Notes: generated from the letters alone by a model not told the origin. A stretch of 63,481 nucleotides of DNA, filler included, from Welwitschia mirabilis (GCA_051453625.1; 14 parts of one record of this genome joined end to end with filler, not necessarily neighbours in it); one strand, 5' to 3'. Counted from the whole stretch's first letter, positions 1 to 12,588 are shown. Translations and numbers: made by a program.

Positions 1-214
1 AATTACAACAATTTGGGATTTTAAGTAATCTAATATTTTCAAAATATTTCATTAAGCATAAACTTGTAAATTTATTAAAAAAATCAAAAATGTGGACATA
101 ACAGGGTTACTAAGATTTAATACAATTAAATTACACTTCCAATGGCTATAAAAGGCTAGAAAATGACTAGGTAATGAATACATAATGTTTACAAGATTTA
201 CTTTTCCATTCCAT

Positions 215-505
215 CTAGTCAACCCTACAAATATCTAGTCAATCCCATGAGAACTCGGTCGACATCATCCTGGGTCCGGTCGACTCCTTGTCTCTCACTC
301 TAGAACTATGGATTATCAGCTTTTTAAATCTGGTTGACCTCATGAATATCTAGTCAACCCCTTTCCATTCAGTTCAGGGATACTAGCTCTTATGATCATA
401 GGTCTGGTTGACCCCTTCATAATCCGGTTGACCCCTCTAGGTTTAGTTCATTTCTTTGCATCTGCTTCAGGTATGGTCGACCTCCTTAGGATCTAGTCGA
501 CCTCC
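215..505. repeat. About 10 degenerate copies of a CYRGTYRACC motif (GTCGAC core), often in pairs
   Basis: Copies seen include ctagtcaacc, ctcggtcgac, ccggtcgact, ctggttgacc, ccggttgacc, atggtcgacc and ctagtcgacc. Confidence 0.75.
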
Positions 506-510
506 AATGG

Positions 511-805
511 AGGTAAACATAATTGAGTAGTTTCTTTCATGCATTTTGATCCAAATCTTTCACCTACATAACTCAAACTTATCTGCACACAATATGTAAC
601 AATTTGCACTATACCAAAAAAATTAGTTTAACGTTAATTGGCAAATATAACCTATTAGAGGTAAACATAACTAAGTAGTTTTTCTGGTGCATTTTGGTCC
701 AATCCTTTCACCTACAAAACTCAATCTCATCTGTACACAATATGTAACAATTTTTACTACACAATAGAAATTAGTTTGACATCAATTAGCAACTATAATC
801 TAATA
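511..805. repeat. Diverged tandem duplication, unit about 148 bp
   Basis: aggtaaacataa...cacaatatgtaacaattt...aattagttt starts at 511 and again at 659, with scattered substitutions. Confidence 0.9.
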
Positions 806-1049
806 AAAAGAACCAAGATATCTTCCTTTTGAATGAAGTTCATAGACATATAAATGTCTTAAGATTAGATGAATTTAATCTTATCATCTTAAAATGCCTA
901 AGTAAAATATTACTAAAGATGGTGATTTCATAAATTAATACATAAGTCAAGTTAAAGATATTTAAGTAATAGCATGATATCTATTAAAGAAATGAGTTAA
1001 GAAGGAATTTAAAAAATGACAAGAGGAAGGTCCTCTTCATTAAGAGGTC

Positions 1050-4000
1050 CTCCTAAGATAAGTGCTTCTATCATGTTCAATGTTTCATCAATAAATGAAT
1101 CATAAATTTTTAACCTTTGTCCATTGACTTTTTGAATTTTTCTAGTATTTAGATTAGAGATTTTAACTGATCCATTGGAATGTATTTTTTCTATAAGATA
1201 AGGACCTAATCATTTATAAGTTAACTTCTTGTGTAAAATGTGTACTGAAGTATTATATAAAGGGACAAGTTGACCCAGTGAAAATTTCTTATGAAGAATC
1301 TTTGTGTCATGTTTGAATATGGATTAAACTTTATGAATGAGGTGATGATATATAGCATAAGTACATTTTTAATCTAAATGGTCAAGTTAGGCTAATCAAG
1401 TTTTAATATTTTCATCAAATACTATAAGGTTAAGTTTATAGGTGAATCGATAGGAGTTATAGCAAACATCAATTGCCAAGACACAAACTTTTTTGTACAT
1501 AAGTTCACATTGTAAAAAAACTAGATAATTACGCTAAGTAGTATGATAAGCCTAAAAAACATCATTAAGTTTAGAAAATCAAGTTTTATTATTAATAGAG
1601 ACTAACTTTTGGAGTATCTTTTTAATTTCTCTATTTGCATTTTTGGCTTGGCCATGAGTTTAAGGACGATAAGAACATGTAATTTAATAAAATCTATTTT
1701 TGAAAACGGTAATTGATGAAATGAGTTTCATGATTGCTAAATATAATTCTAAGAAACCAAAACATTGAAAGATATGAGTTTAAACAAAATTTCAAATGGT
1801 TCAAGCATCATTATTTGGTAGTAGTATTAGCTTCAACCCACTTATTAACATAATCCATGACTACTAAGATGTAATTTTTGTCATGAGAAGGTGGTTTGAT
1901 AGGGCATATAAATTCAATTCTCCAACTATTACAAGGTTTACATTTAATAATAGGTTTAAGATGCATATCTTAAGAATGAATTATGCTATCATAATGTTAA
2001 CACACATCACACCTTCTAGCAAAATCAAATGAGTCTTTAAAGACAGTAGGTCAATCAAAACTAGAGTGGATAATTTTTATTGTCATTTTTTTGCCACTAA
2101 AGTCTCCATCACATATCCCATGATGGAAAAGTTTAAGTATTTATAATATTTCTCATTTAGACACACATTTATGCATGATTTGGTCCTTGCATCTTCTATA
2201 AAGATGGATTTCATTCCACTTGCAGTCACCAATCCTATAGAGAAAAGATTTGAATTGGTTATAGTTTCAATGCTGAGGTATTTTCATTGTAATAAGGTAG
2301 TTCATAATATTAGCATGCAAAGGAGAAAAATGAGTAAAAGAGATGGCATAAAGTTATTCTACAGTAAAAAGTTATTCATCAGGAAAGGAGTCATTTATGG
2401 GAACTTTATCATGAGAATAAGAAAATTAAAATAGCTAACCTATAATGCTATTATCTTTTTTGGCTTTATCAATGATGGTGAGATTAAATTCTTACATGAG
2501 AAAAATTCATCTAATAAGTCTAAAACTAGAATTTTATTTAGTTATAAGATAACATATAGCTACATGATCAGCATAAACATTAATGTAAAATCGAAGAAGA
2601 TAATGTCAAAGATGATTAAGGTAAAAGACAATGGTAAGAATTTCTCTATCAGTAGTAGTATAGTTGGATTGGGCTTTGGACAAAGTTTTATTAAAATATA
2701 ATATAACTTTAAGACCATTTTGATATTTTTGGCCAAAAATCCCACCCACAACAATGTTACATACATCACACATAAGTTCAAAATCTTTAGTCTAATTGAG
2801 GCCTGTGAAAATAGGTTCAGCAGAAATGTTTTCCTTAAGTGTATCAAATGCAAGTTAACATGAATTGTTTCAATCAAATTTATCATCTTCATCAATTAAT
2901 GAGTGAATAGGTTTATAAATTTTAGCATAATCATGAATAAAACTATGATAGAGACCGACATAACTAAGAAATGATCTAACTTGTTTGACATGGATTGGAG
3001 GGCTAAGGGTTTTAATGATATCAACTTTTGTAGGATTCATCTTAATACATTTCTTTAAAATATGGTGATCTAAAATAATTCCATGATTGATAAGGAGAAA
3101 ACAGTTTTCCCAACTCAAATTTAGATTGCTATCTATACATTGATTTAAGACTTTCTCTAATCTTTATATGATTTGTTCAAAGGTTTTACCATGGATAGAA
3201 ATTCAACCATAAAGATTTTAATATAATCCTCTATTATATCTAAAAGGATCCCTTTGATTACTCTTTGGAAAGTTCTCAGGGCATTGCAAAGTCCAAAGGT
3301 TCTAAAGGCAAAGGTTCTAACAGATTATGTAAAGGTTGTTTTAGCTTGGTTTTCACTTGCTATACAAACTTGATTATAGATACTATACCCGTCAAGAAAA
3401 CAATAGTAGGCATGACCTTGGATTCTATCAAATACTTGATTAAGAAATGGTAAAGGGTAATGATCCTTTCTAGTAAACTCATTGAATTTTTTAAAATCAA
3501 TTTGAAACTACTGTCAAAGGGCTAATCCACTCATTATCATATAGCATATATGACCCTAGCATCGATAAGTTTAATAATTTCATCTTTAATTATTTTCTTT
3601 AGGATTATGTTGAGTCTTCTTTACGGTTTCCTAATAGGTTTAGCATTATTTTCAATGTAAATTTTATGTTGGACAGGTAAATTTTATGTTGGACTATAGA
3701 AAGAGAAATGGCAGCTATGTCTTTATAGGTTCAAGAAAAGGCATATTCTTTAGAATTTAAGAGTGAGATCAATTTGGATTCTTGTTGAGAAGTAAAAAGG
3801 TTACTTATTATTAAGGGTTACTTCAGATTGTTAGATAGAAAAATGTATTTTAGACCCTTAGGCAATTCCTTAAGTTCTAAGTCAATGTTTTCAACTATCA
3901 TCCTATCTATCATGGGGATGACAGATGTGGGATAATACTCTGAAAAAAGGTTTTTTAGCAAGTAAAAATATTCATTTTCATTGAAATATTTCTCATTCTC

Positions 4001-6330
4001 ATACTTAAGATAGTTTGTTTTAGTTGGGTCATCATATAAAGTTGGTTCTTATAGCATTATTAATCTCTCCTCAATTGGCTGATGTTGTAAAAGTAAGGTT
4101 ACTAAGTTCTTCTTCTAGGTTAAACTCTTTCCTTGTGTATTTTTCAATAGCATCAAAAACTTAAATGGTAAACATTTTATTTCCTATATGACATTCCATC
4201 ATTTTGATTTTTTTTGTTAATGATACAGTTGATGGTTGCATAAAAGGAACTTCCTGAAAGAGTGAATAACTTCCATCATGTTCTACCTCAATGATGACCA
4301 CATCTATGGGATAAAAATATTTCTTAATTTGAATGAATAGGTCCTTAATAATTCCTAGTGATTTATTAATTGAAGTATCAGCTAATTCCAAGACGATTTA
4401 TGTAGATTCTATTCTATTTTCTAACCCAAGCCTTTTACATATGTGAAGAGGCATGATGTTGACACTATCTCCTATGTCAATTAAAGATTTTCAACTTCTT
4501 TTGTTTTTTTCTAAGGTTACACTCATAATTGCTACTTCTAGGTCTTTGAATTTAAGACATGTTTTTATAACTAAGTTGGAAATAGATTGAGCAAGAAAAA
4601 CTTTCCTAGAAATGGTACATTTTTTGTTTTCTTCTTACTAGATCTTTCCACAACTTAGAATATTTAGGATCCTCTTGCAAGAGTTTCCAAAAAGGTAATT
4701 TGATGTTAACTTCTTACATCAAGGTTCTAAAATGCTCATCAAAAATAGGATTCATGTTTAACCTATCAAGCTAAGGAGTAGATCATTTCTTCCCTTTGTT
4801 TCTTGTAAAGAATTTTTAGAGGAGGTTTTAGCAGGTAATGTTAATGGAAATTTATATATATCATCTTCCTCATTACTTTTTTCATTATTTTTGGAAGTTA
4901 AAACTTCATGGGTATAAGGTTTTGTATCATTTCCACTTCTTGTTATTACCTTCAAATCTCTCTTAAATTCATTTGGAATGGGTAAAGATTGAGATGCAAG
5001 AGACCCTTTTGGTACTTGATCAGTAAGCATCATTTTTTGAAGCATATTTACTAAGTTTTTAATTTTACTAATAGTCTTTTCAATGTTTTTGTCTTTTCTT
5101 GCACTCTTTTTAATTCTTCTATTAAATCTCTAAGTGGAACATGTTGATTTGGTTAAAAACAAAAGTTATTTGATTGGAATTTTAAATTTCTAAACTTATT
5201 CTTAAAATGTTTTTATTGTGATTGTGCACCTAATTTTTGTTGAAATTGTGGTTGGCTTTTAAAATTAAGTGTTCTTTAGTTAAATGTATAAACTTCTTCA
5301 AACATCCTCTCTTTACAAGTTAGCAACAAGGGACACTCTTTAGTTTGATTAGAGTTGTCCTCATAAATTTCACAAGTTAAAGTTGTGTTTTTATCTTTTG
5401 TGTCAACTATTAATTAAGTGTACTTCTCTAAATTAGTACTAAAATCTTCAATCAAATTGGTTGAGTTACCTCTCTCTTCTTTCTTATCATGTTTAACCTC
5501 CTTTATATTTTTTATGATTTGGCCTAAAGTTCAATTTTCCTTAGTTGATATAGGCCAAGCTTGACTTATCTCTACTAAGTTTTCCAACATGCTTTATGCA
5601 TCTTCTAAAACTAAGTTTAACAAATTACAATCATAAGAAAAGTCTATAAGTTATTTAATCTGACTATTTAATTCACTGTAGAAATATTCAATTAGTTCTT
5701 CTTTAGAGAATTCATCAATAGCATTAGAATCGCTAGCTATGATAAAATGTTCATAAGCTATGGCATGATCCTCATGAGGTTGTTGTTGAAAGTTGATCAT
5801 TTTCTTTCTTTATTGTTTTCCTCATGAAACTTTCACTGAAAAATATTTTGATAAATACTTCTTAGACTTGATTCCAAGATTTAAGACTTTATGTGGAATG
5901 GTTTAAAGCCAAAAATTTTCCCTTCTTCTAAGTGTGACTAGAAAAATAATCATGTAGGTATGATTACTTATATGTTTCTTCTCATTTCCTAAGGTAAGTA
6001 CAAGTTATTCAATGTCAACTAAATGTTGGAAGGTGTCTTTCTAAGGTTTTTTTAAAAAAAAAAGAGGTTAGATAGGCACTAAAATTTCTTAATTTTACAT
6101 CATCACTAGGAGGTAAATTGAATGTATTTTGGATTTCATATGCTCTATTGGAAATTAAAGCTTTAAGAGTAATATTTGCATTTGAAGTAAAAGTTTCTAT
6201 TATGATTGAAGTACTAGACAATGCAACTTGCTTTTGTTTTTCCAATGATTTTAACACAGTCAACATATTTGAAGAAGAAATAACATGATCTACTTCTATA
6301 CTATAATTTTCTTTTGCAAAATTTGATTAT
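1050..6330 (-). pseudogene. gag-pol: Decayed Athila-clade Ty3/Gypsy gag-pol (gag-PR-RT-RH-INT), the most complete copy in the window
   Basis: Minus-strand translation gives protease LIDIGDSVNIMPLHICKRLGL (~4430-4490), RT TRKDHYPLPFLNQVFDRIQGHAYYCFLDGYS (~3380-3475), an integrase HHCC region (~1995-2135) and the C-terminal LGPYLIEKIHSNGSV...KVNGQRLKIY (~1100-1225). The domain order is Gypsy-type, with many stops and frameshifts. Confidence 0.93.
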
Positions 6331-8263
6331 GAAAGAATAAAAGTAGAAATATTATAATGTCTAGCTTAAAGCATTTAACAGTGCACTGGTTTTANNNNNN
6401 NNNNNNNNNNNNNNNNNNNNNNNNNNNNNNNNNNNNNNNNNNNNNNNNNNNNNNNNNNNNNNNNNNNNNNNNNNNNNNNNAAAAGAAAGAATCCTTTGGA
6501 TAGATTAAGTATCATGGCTATAGAGAAACCTTTGGGCACCCAGGATGCATAGACCCATTACAATGCACAAGGAGGAAGGGGAATTCCTATGAAGTAGCCA
6601 GTCGTGCTATTATTGAAAGACTCATAGGCCCCTTGAAATGTATTAGCCACATGAACTTGATAGACCGGTGATTTTTTAGACATGAAAACATACATAGAAG
6701 GCTCAAAAGAGGTCTCTGTGTATAGTTTAGTGTAGGCTGAGCAGAGCTCCCCAGCATGTAGATGTGTCCACTGGCATGCACGTGGGTGGCTAGGCATGCA
6801 CTACTAAGTTTCATTCATGGGTTTACCACTAATGATGGAGTCTTAATTTCTTAGACAATGATCCTATGCAAATCTTCTAAGTCAGGAATCTTTAGTTTGA
6901 TATTTATGTTGTGTGTTATGTCATTTCAAGGCAATATTAACTTTCTTGTTGATATCTTAGATGTCTTTTCACTACCTTTATTTTTATGTTCATCATTGCC
7001 CTGCTATTAATTCTTAGAATAATAAAGGTAAAGGGAGAGGCTTCCATTATTTATCTACATCCCCTTCTATTTCAGTAATCTCTAGAAAAGTTGGTTCTAC
7101 TAGTCTCTCTCAGAAAAGAAAGACACCCGTCGCCCTCCTCCATTCATCAACACAACTCCTCTGCCACCTACCATGTTTTTCTAACAAAGCGTAAAGCACA
7201 TCTTATCTTTCAATTTTCTTTGGTCATTATTCCTTCTCTATTCTGCATCTTTCTTGCTCTATGTCAGTTGCTCATGGATCCTATAAAGTCCAAATCACAA
7301 TGGTATTTTTACTCTAGCTTGCAATGCTTATTTCTCTCCCTGAATAGACCTTCATCCATCTCTATCTTGGATGCTCTGCATTCGTGAATCTCCTGAACGG
7401 TAACACTAAATGCCTCTCTCCCATCTGCGTATGTGTTTCTTCATTGTGCATTGCTTGTTACTATGTGATGTCACAACAATTATTTGTTGTTCCTTCAACT
7501 AAGTAATGTACTACACTATAGCTCTACCTTTATTTTGGATGGTCTCTGTATGTGTTTTTACTCGATGCTTTACACTATACTCTTAAATTAAGTATATAAA
7601 TTTGTTGAGATATAATTTGTTGAGATATTCCATTGAATAATGTTGTAATCCTCCTCCATCATTTCGATCTAATTACTTAGAAAATGCTACTCCCAAAACA
7701 TCTATGAAGGGAAAATTCCATATTCTTACATGTTCCCTTCCATCTGTCCAATCTAGAAAATGCATCCCTCTTTGAAAAGTCCTTGGTAAAATGATTCATA
7801 AGGAAAAAAAATCCAATCTACCCTAATTGAATGACATTTTCATTGCTATTGCTTTTTCCATCACTATCACTGAACATAAAAATTTCTTAAAAAAATCATT
7901 TTTGCCTCCCATTTTTTCAAAGCTCTGATGTTAAAATCTCATCCTTTTTCCTTTTGTTATTTAAGTCACTCTCCTCACCAAAGCAGAATATCATGGAATG
8001 CAAGTCTGAAAATTTTTGTTATATCATCCTCATTAAGCTTAATTTTTGGTAATAAAAAGCCCTCTTATGTGCTTGTGATATTACTAGAGCTCATCATGCA
8101 TTGAAGAAAGATGTTAAAATGAAAATTTGAACAGTGAATTATTTTATGAACCCTATCCTTGAGGACATTTAGCAGCCATGAAATTTTTTATTATTTCCTC
8201 ATAGCTTACACCCAATTTTGGAATCTTCAGTCCTCAAATTTTTATTAATCACATTAGAACCTG

Positions 8264-8268
<5 letters not shown>

Positions 8269-8340
<72 letters not shown>
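8269..8340. repeat. (GA)n microsatellite, truncated at the fragment end
   Basis: 72 bp of perfect GA repeat running into the spacer. Confidence 0.98.
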
Positions 8341-8440
8341 NNNNNNNNNNNNNNNNNNNNNNNNNNNNNNNNNNNNNNNNNNNNTTAATTAATTAANNNN
8401 NNNNNNNNNNNNNNNNNNNNNNNNNNNNNNNNNNNNNNNN
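8341..8440. other. Artificial contig spacer
   Basis: 44 N + TTAATTAATTAA + 44 N (stop codons in all six frames). Confidence 0.97.
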
Positions 8441-10490
8441 ATCTATTCTAATCTAGTAAATGCTTTTTCATGAGAAGAACTAGTTAACTACTTTTATAGT
8501 GGGCTAATTTGCCACACTTGTAGAATTCTCTTATGATAGAAACCTTATGAATCTTACATTAGATAATGCTTAGAAAAAATTAGAAGAACTTATGGAGGTA
8601 AGCCAAGCTTGATCAACATCGGAAAAAAACTACACTGTAGGATAACTCATCAAAGATTTAAAAGAGGTTAAATAAGAAAAGGAGGTAGAAGACAATCCTG
8701 CAAATTTGATTAGAAACTTTATAAAAACTCTGGAGAAGTACACTGAAATGATTTTAGATGCCAAATTAACAACTAAGAAGAATGTTATGCCAACATATGA
8801 CTTATATGAGGACAATTATCACATTGCCAAAGATTGTCCACTATTGCCAACATACAAAGAGAAAATATGTGAAGAAGCTTACAATTTCAACCAAACATTA
8901 CCAAACTTCAGAAATCAAAATTAGGCATAACCTAGGTTGAATACATAAACCTTTGATAACAAGATTTAAATAGTTTTCAACCTTTTAGAAATTGATTCAA
9001 GAACTCAAACTTCCAATTAAGTTCATCCAACTTTAAACATCTGAATAATTCATTTACAAACTTTATGCATGATTTTAAAAAATTACAAAAAAAGACATAT
9101 GCCATCTTAGAAAAGCAAAATGCCAACATTGAAAACTTAGTACATGCCCTTCAACAAACAATTTTAGCAAACCAAAGACCTCAAGGATTATTAGCTATGC
9201 AACCTTTACTAAGCCCCGATGAAATAAGAAGAGATTGTAAGATTGAAATATGAAGTCATTAAGAAACAAACCCTTCTTCTTTTAAAGCATCAACCTCTCA
9301 AAATGACATTAAAAATGATGAAGAAGAAGAGTACATCAAAATATTAGACAATTACAACTTTTCTCTTCTTGGTAAAAGTAAAAAGAAAAAATATTTACAA
9401 TAATTAGAAAAAAAAACCATCTATCCCTAGGCTTAATAGGTTTAATAGTAATTTAACTTTTAATGAACATCTCAAAGCCTTGATAAACAATGTGAGCATA
9501 AACTTACTCTTCTAAAAACTTTTATAAGAAAATCCAAAGTACTCAAAGCTATGAAAAGACTTAACAATAAGAAAACAAAAACAAGTCATTCCTAGCAAAG
9601 TCTTTTTAGCAAATTCCCTCACAAATTTAGTCTTGTAAAAATCTCCAAAATTTAAAGATCTAGGGGCAGTAACAATGAGGGTTATATTAGAGGGAAATAA
9701 AAAGATCAGTATAGCTTTAATTGACATTAGAAAGAGTGTTAAAATCATGCCTTTACACATTTGTAAGAGACTTAATTTCAAAGATAGAATAAAGCCTACT
9801 TAGATTTTCTTAGAGTTCNNNNNNNNNNNNNNNNNNNNNNNNNNNNNNNNNNNNNNNNNNNNNNNNNNNNNNNNNNNNNNNNNNNNNNNNNNNNNNNNNN
9901 NNNNNNNNNNNNNNNNNNNACATAACATAGGTTACCCATTACTTCTATGATAAGCCTTCTATGTAATAACCCACTGCATTATTGATACAATAATTGGATG
10001 ATGAAGTGTTATCTAGAAAATAAAATGTTTTCTATTAGAGTTTTTGATGCTACCAATAAAGACCTAGGTGATGACTGGGGCATAGAAGATAAAATTAAAC
10101 CAACTTTATTCCTTCAACATTATCCCCTTCAAGAAAGATGGCTACCATTACATGAACCCATAATTTCCAATGATCCATTGGAGATTAAAAATTAGAAGCC
10201 ATTAATACATCCTGAGCATGATTTTTAGATCAAAATGAAGAAGTGAAACCCTTAGATTGTAAGGAAGTCAAACTATTAAATGAAAAATTATACCTTAAGG
10301 GAGATCGTCCACTACATGAGATAGAAATTAAAAATCATAACTTGAATTTAAATTTGAAAATCTTCCTAGTATACTTAAGTATGTTTTTCTTTGTAATGAT
10401 AAAAAAAAAACCTCTTGTAATCAATAAAAATCTCTTCCCTGAATAAGAGTCAACATTAATCTTTCTTTTGACTTTCAAAATTTATGTACT
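8441..10490 (+). pseudogene. gag: Decayed Athila gag-protease
   Basis: ORF 8706-8924 has a decayed zinc knuckle (YDLYEDNYHIAKDCP). PKFKDLG and ALIDIRKSVKIMPLHICKRL occur at ~9645-9775. The PR-RT linker lies at ~10340-10470. Confidence 0.85.
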
Positions 10491-10789
10491 TGCATTACCT
10501 CATAGAGATTTATCTCCTATCCCTCTCTTCCTTTAATTGATTTCACTTAAAAATTATTATATACCTTTTATGTTTTATCAATTGGGAAATATTTGGTTTG
10601 AGCCTTATTCCTCCAAAAGGATGCACTATTTTGAGATCATAAAATAAATTCTTACTTTTTTATTCCTTTTCAATAAAAGTATTCAATAGATTTTAGGATT
10701 TAAATAAATTTTATTTTTAGTTTGCTTTAGTATTTTCTTTTATGTGTTTATGCTTATGATTTTTGACTTTGGTTTTTAGGCAATAGATT

Positions 10790-10920
10790 AATCCATGATT
10801 ATATCCTTATCTTTTTGAGAAAGTACATTCTAATGGCTCTGTCGGGATTTCTAACTTAACTACTAAAGAAATTCAGAAAGTTAATGGGAAAAGGTTGAAA
10901 ATATTCAAGTAACTATTTGA
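10790..10920 (+). pseudogene. Isolated integrase C-terminal tail
   Basis: Translates as YPYLFEKVHSNGSVGISNLTTKEIQKVNGKRLKIF, homologous to 1100-1225(-). Confidence 0.8.
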
Positions 10921-11133
10921 ATTTTCTTTTAGCTTTTTCATTTAGAAGCCATTATGACGTTACTTGATCATCTTTCGAACATGACTTATGTATTTATTTT
11001 TGTGATTATTCTTTAACTTAGGCATTTTATAATGATAAGACTGGATTCATCCAATCTTAAGACATTTACACATCTATGAACTTTAGTCTGAAGGTAGATG
11101 CTTTATTTTTGATGTTTTTCATAATGATGAAAA

Positions 11134-11862
11134 GTTTTTCCATCCCAAATTGTCATATTTTAATAATGTAATTAGTGCTATTTTGTAAGGAACAGAACTC
11201 AATTTAATCATTTTTAAGAATTTTGTTATCAATCAATATAACAATCTAATTATGACCTTAAGTATCATATTTTCATCCATAAAAACAAGAATTCAACTAA
11301 GGAGCATAAGATAGGAGAAAACTTATCCATTACATTTCAAATTCACATCCCAATGAGTTCCTAATGTGACAGCCTATGATTGGATGATGAAGGGATGTCA
11401 TGTGATGTATCATCCCCTTGATAACAGTAACACAAAAATTCCATAACTTTTTTCTAACTGAGTCAATTAAGATCTAGTTTAGATGTAATGATGCCTCTTC
11501 ACCTGTACCAACATTTATGACCCATGATCACTTTAGGAAAACTATAAAAACCACCATTTAGCATCATTTAGTCATGTTTTAGCATTGAAGAATTACTAAC
11601 AAAGGCATTCAAAGAGTCAAGGGTCTACTTCAGCATAGAAGAAATCATTCTTGATGATTAGTATGTACTTTTGACATTGAGGAATGACTGCCTTGCTAAG
11701 GTATTTATAAGAAGTTATATTTACTTAATAAGATGTCTTTCTTCTTCAATTCTTATTATTTCTATTATGGCTTGTGTTGAAGTTTGATCACTGCTATTTC
11801 CTAGATTAATTTTAAATTAAATATAGATCATAAGGGTTGAGTTTGAGTGACAAAAACTTAGA
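11134..11862 (+). mobile_element. Athila-like LTR, variant C (partial, with an internal deletion)
   Basis: Aligns by eye with 32755-33660 (aaggaacagaactcaattta; ggaaaactataaaaac) but lacks roughly 32930-33118. Confidence 0.8.
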
Positions 11863-11962
11863 NNNNNNNNNNNNNNNNNNNNNNNNNNNNNNNNNNNNNN
11901 NNNNNNTTAATTAATTAANNNNNNNNNNNNNNNNNNNNNNNNNNNNNNNNNNNNNNNNNNNN
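11863..11962. other. Artificial contig spacer
   Basis: 44 N + TTAATTAATTAA + 44 N. Confidence 0.97.
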
Positions 11963-12573
11963 CAAAACAACCGAGTCTTAATAGAAGATACTCAGCTCTC
12001 CACCAAGTGCTCATCTTTCGCCAACTCTCAAGATAGATCTTCTACCCTTCGCTTTCCTTTCACGAGAATCTCTGGTGCATTAAAGATGGAAAGGAGAGTC
12101 AAAGGAGGCCTTATTTATAGGAAAATATAATAGAAATGTACAAACAGAAAGTGTAGTTATACATGCTTATTAAGGATTTAGAAATAAATGAAANNNNNNN
12201 NNNNNNNNNNNNATAACAGTTACATGTCAGTGTCATTTAGGCTGTTATCCGGACAACATGGGTGATGACAGAATATTACAAAATATCTTCAAAATGATAA
12301 GTTAGTAGTCCACGTAAGCAGTCATCATCCTGCCTATCGGGTGGACAATAGAGGGGATGATGGTTTTTTTTAGAAGAAACTTAGTAGTTATATCATGAAA
12401 AGCTCTATTCATCAAAAAGTGCCTTTAATGCATCAAATTTGGATANNNNNNNNNNNNNNNCAAGATTTTCTCTTGTATCTCCAAAATCCTTAGAATTGCA
12501 CTAAAACCTATATAAAAGTCCTGCAAAATAACTTATAAAACCCATCAAATAACTGTAAATTAGTAGCATAACA
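11963..12573 (-). mobile_element. Athila-like 3' LTR, variant B (partial)
   Basis: The minus strand starts TGTTATGCTACTAA directly after a PPT. It is the reverse-complement homolog of 60230-60850. Confidence 0.85.
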
Positions 12574-12588
12574 TAGCCTCCCACTTAG
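12574..12588 (-). promoter_or_regulatory. Polypurine tract
   Basis: Minus strand reads CTAAGTGGGAGGCTA, abutting the LTR TG. Confidence 0.8.

Larger units (their letters stand above)
1..805 (-). mobile_element. Probable Copia/SIRE-like LTR fragment inserted downstream of the Athila pol
   Basis: The minus strand starts TATTAG at 805 (possibly decayed TGTTAG). It contains clustered GTCGAC-core motifs resembling those in the LTRs at 35529-36681 and 58488-59575. Athila post-integrase sequence resumes just beyond about 806. Confidence 0.4.

Noticed and set aside
2171..3453. Short ORFs antisense to pol (e.g. 2171-2434, 3265-3453; also 51688-52065)
   Set aside because: These are shadow frames of decayed pol with no independent coding signal.
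6481..7500. Possible miRNA precursor (agagctccc resembling miR159/319 star; atcctttggat resembling miR393 star) or small proteins from ORFs 6558-6797 and 7091-7387
   Set aside because: The matches are only 9-11 nt, I found no complementary arm, and the ORFs have no recognisable domain.
8385..8396. Recurring TTAATTAATTAA as a biological repeat, CRISPR-like unit or homeodomain site
   Set aside because: It is always centred in exactly 44+44 N, so it is an assembly linker.
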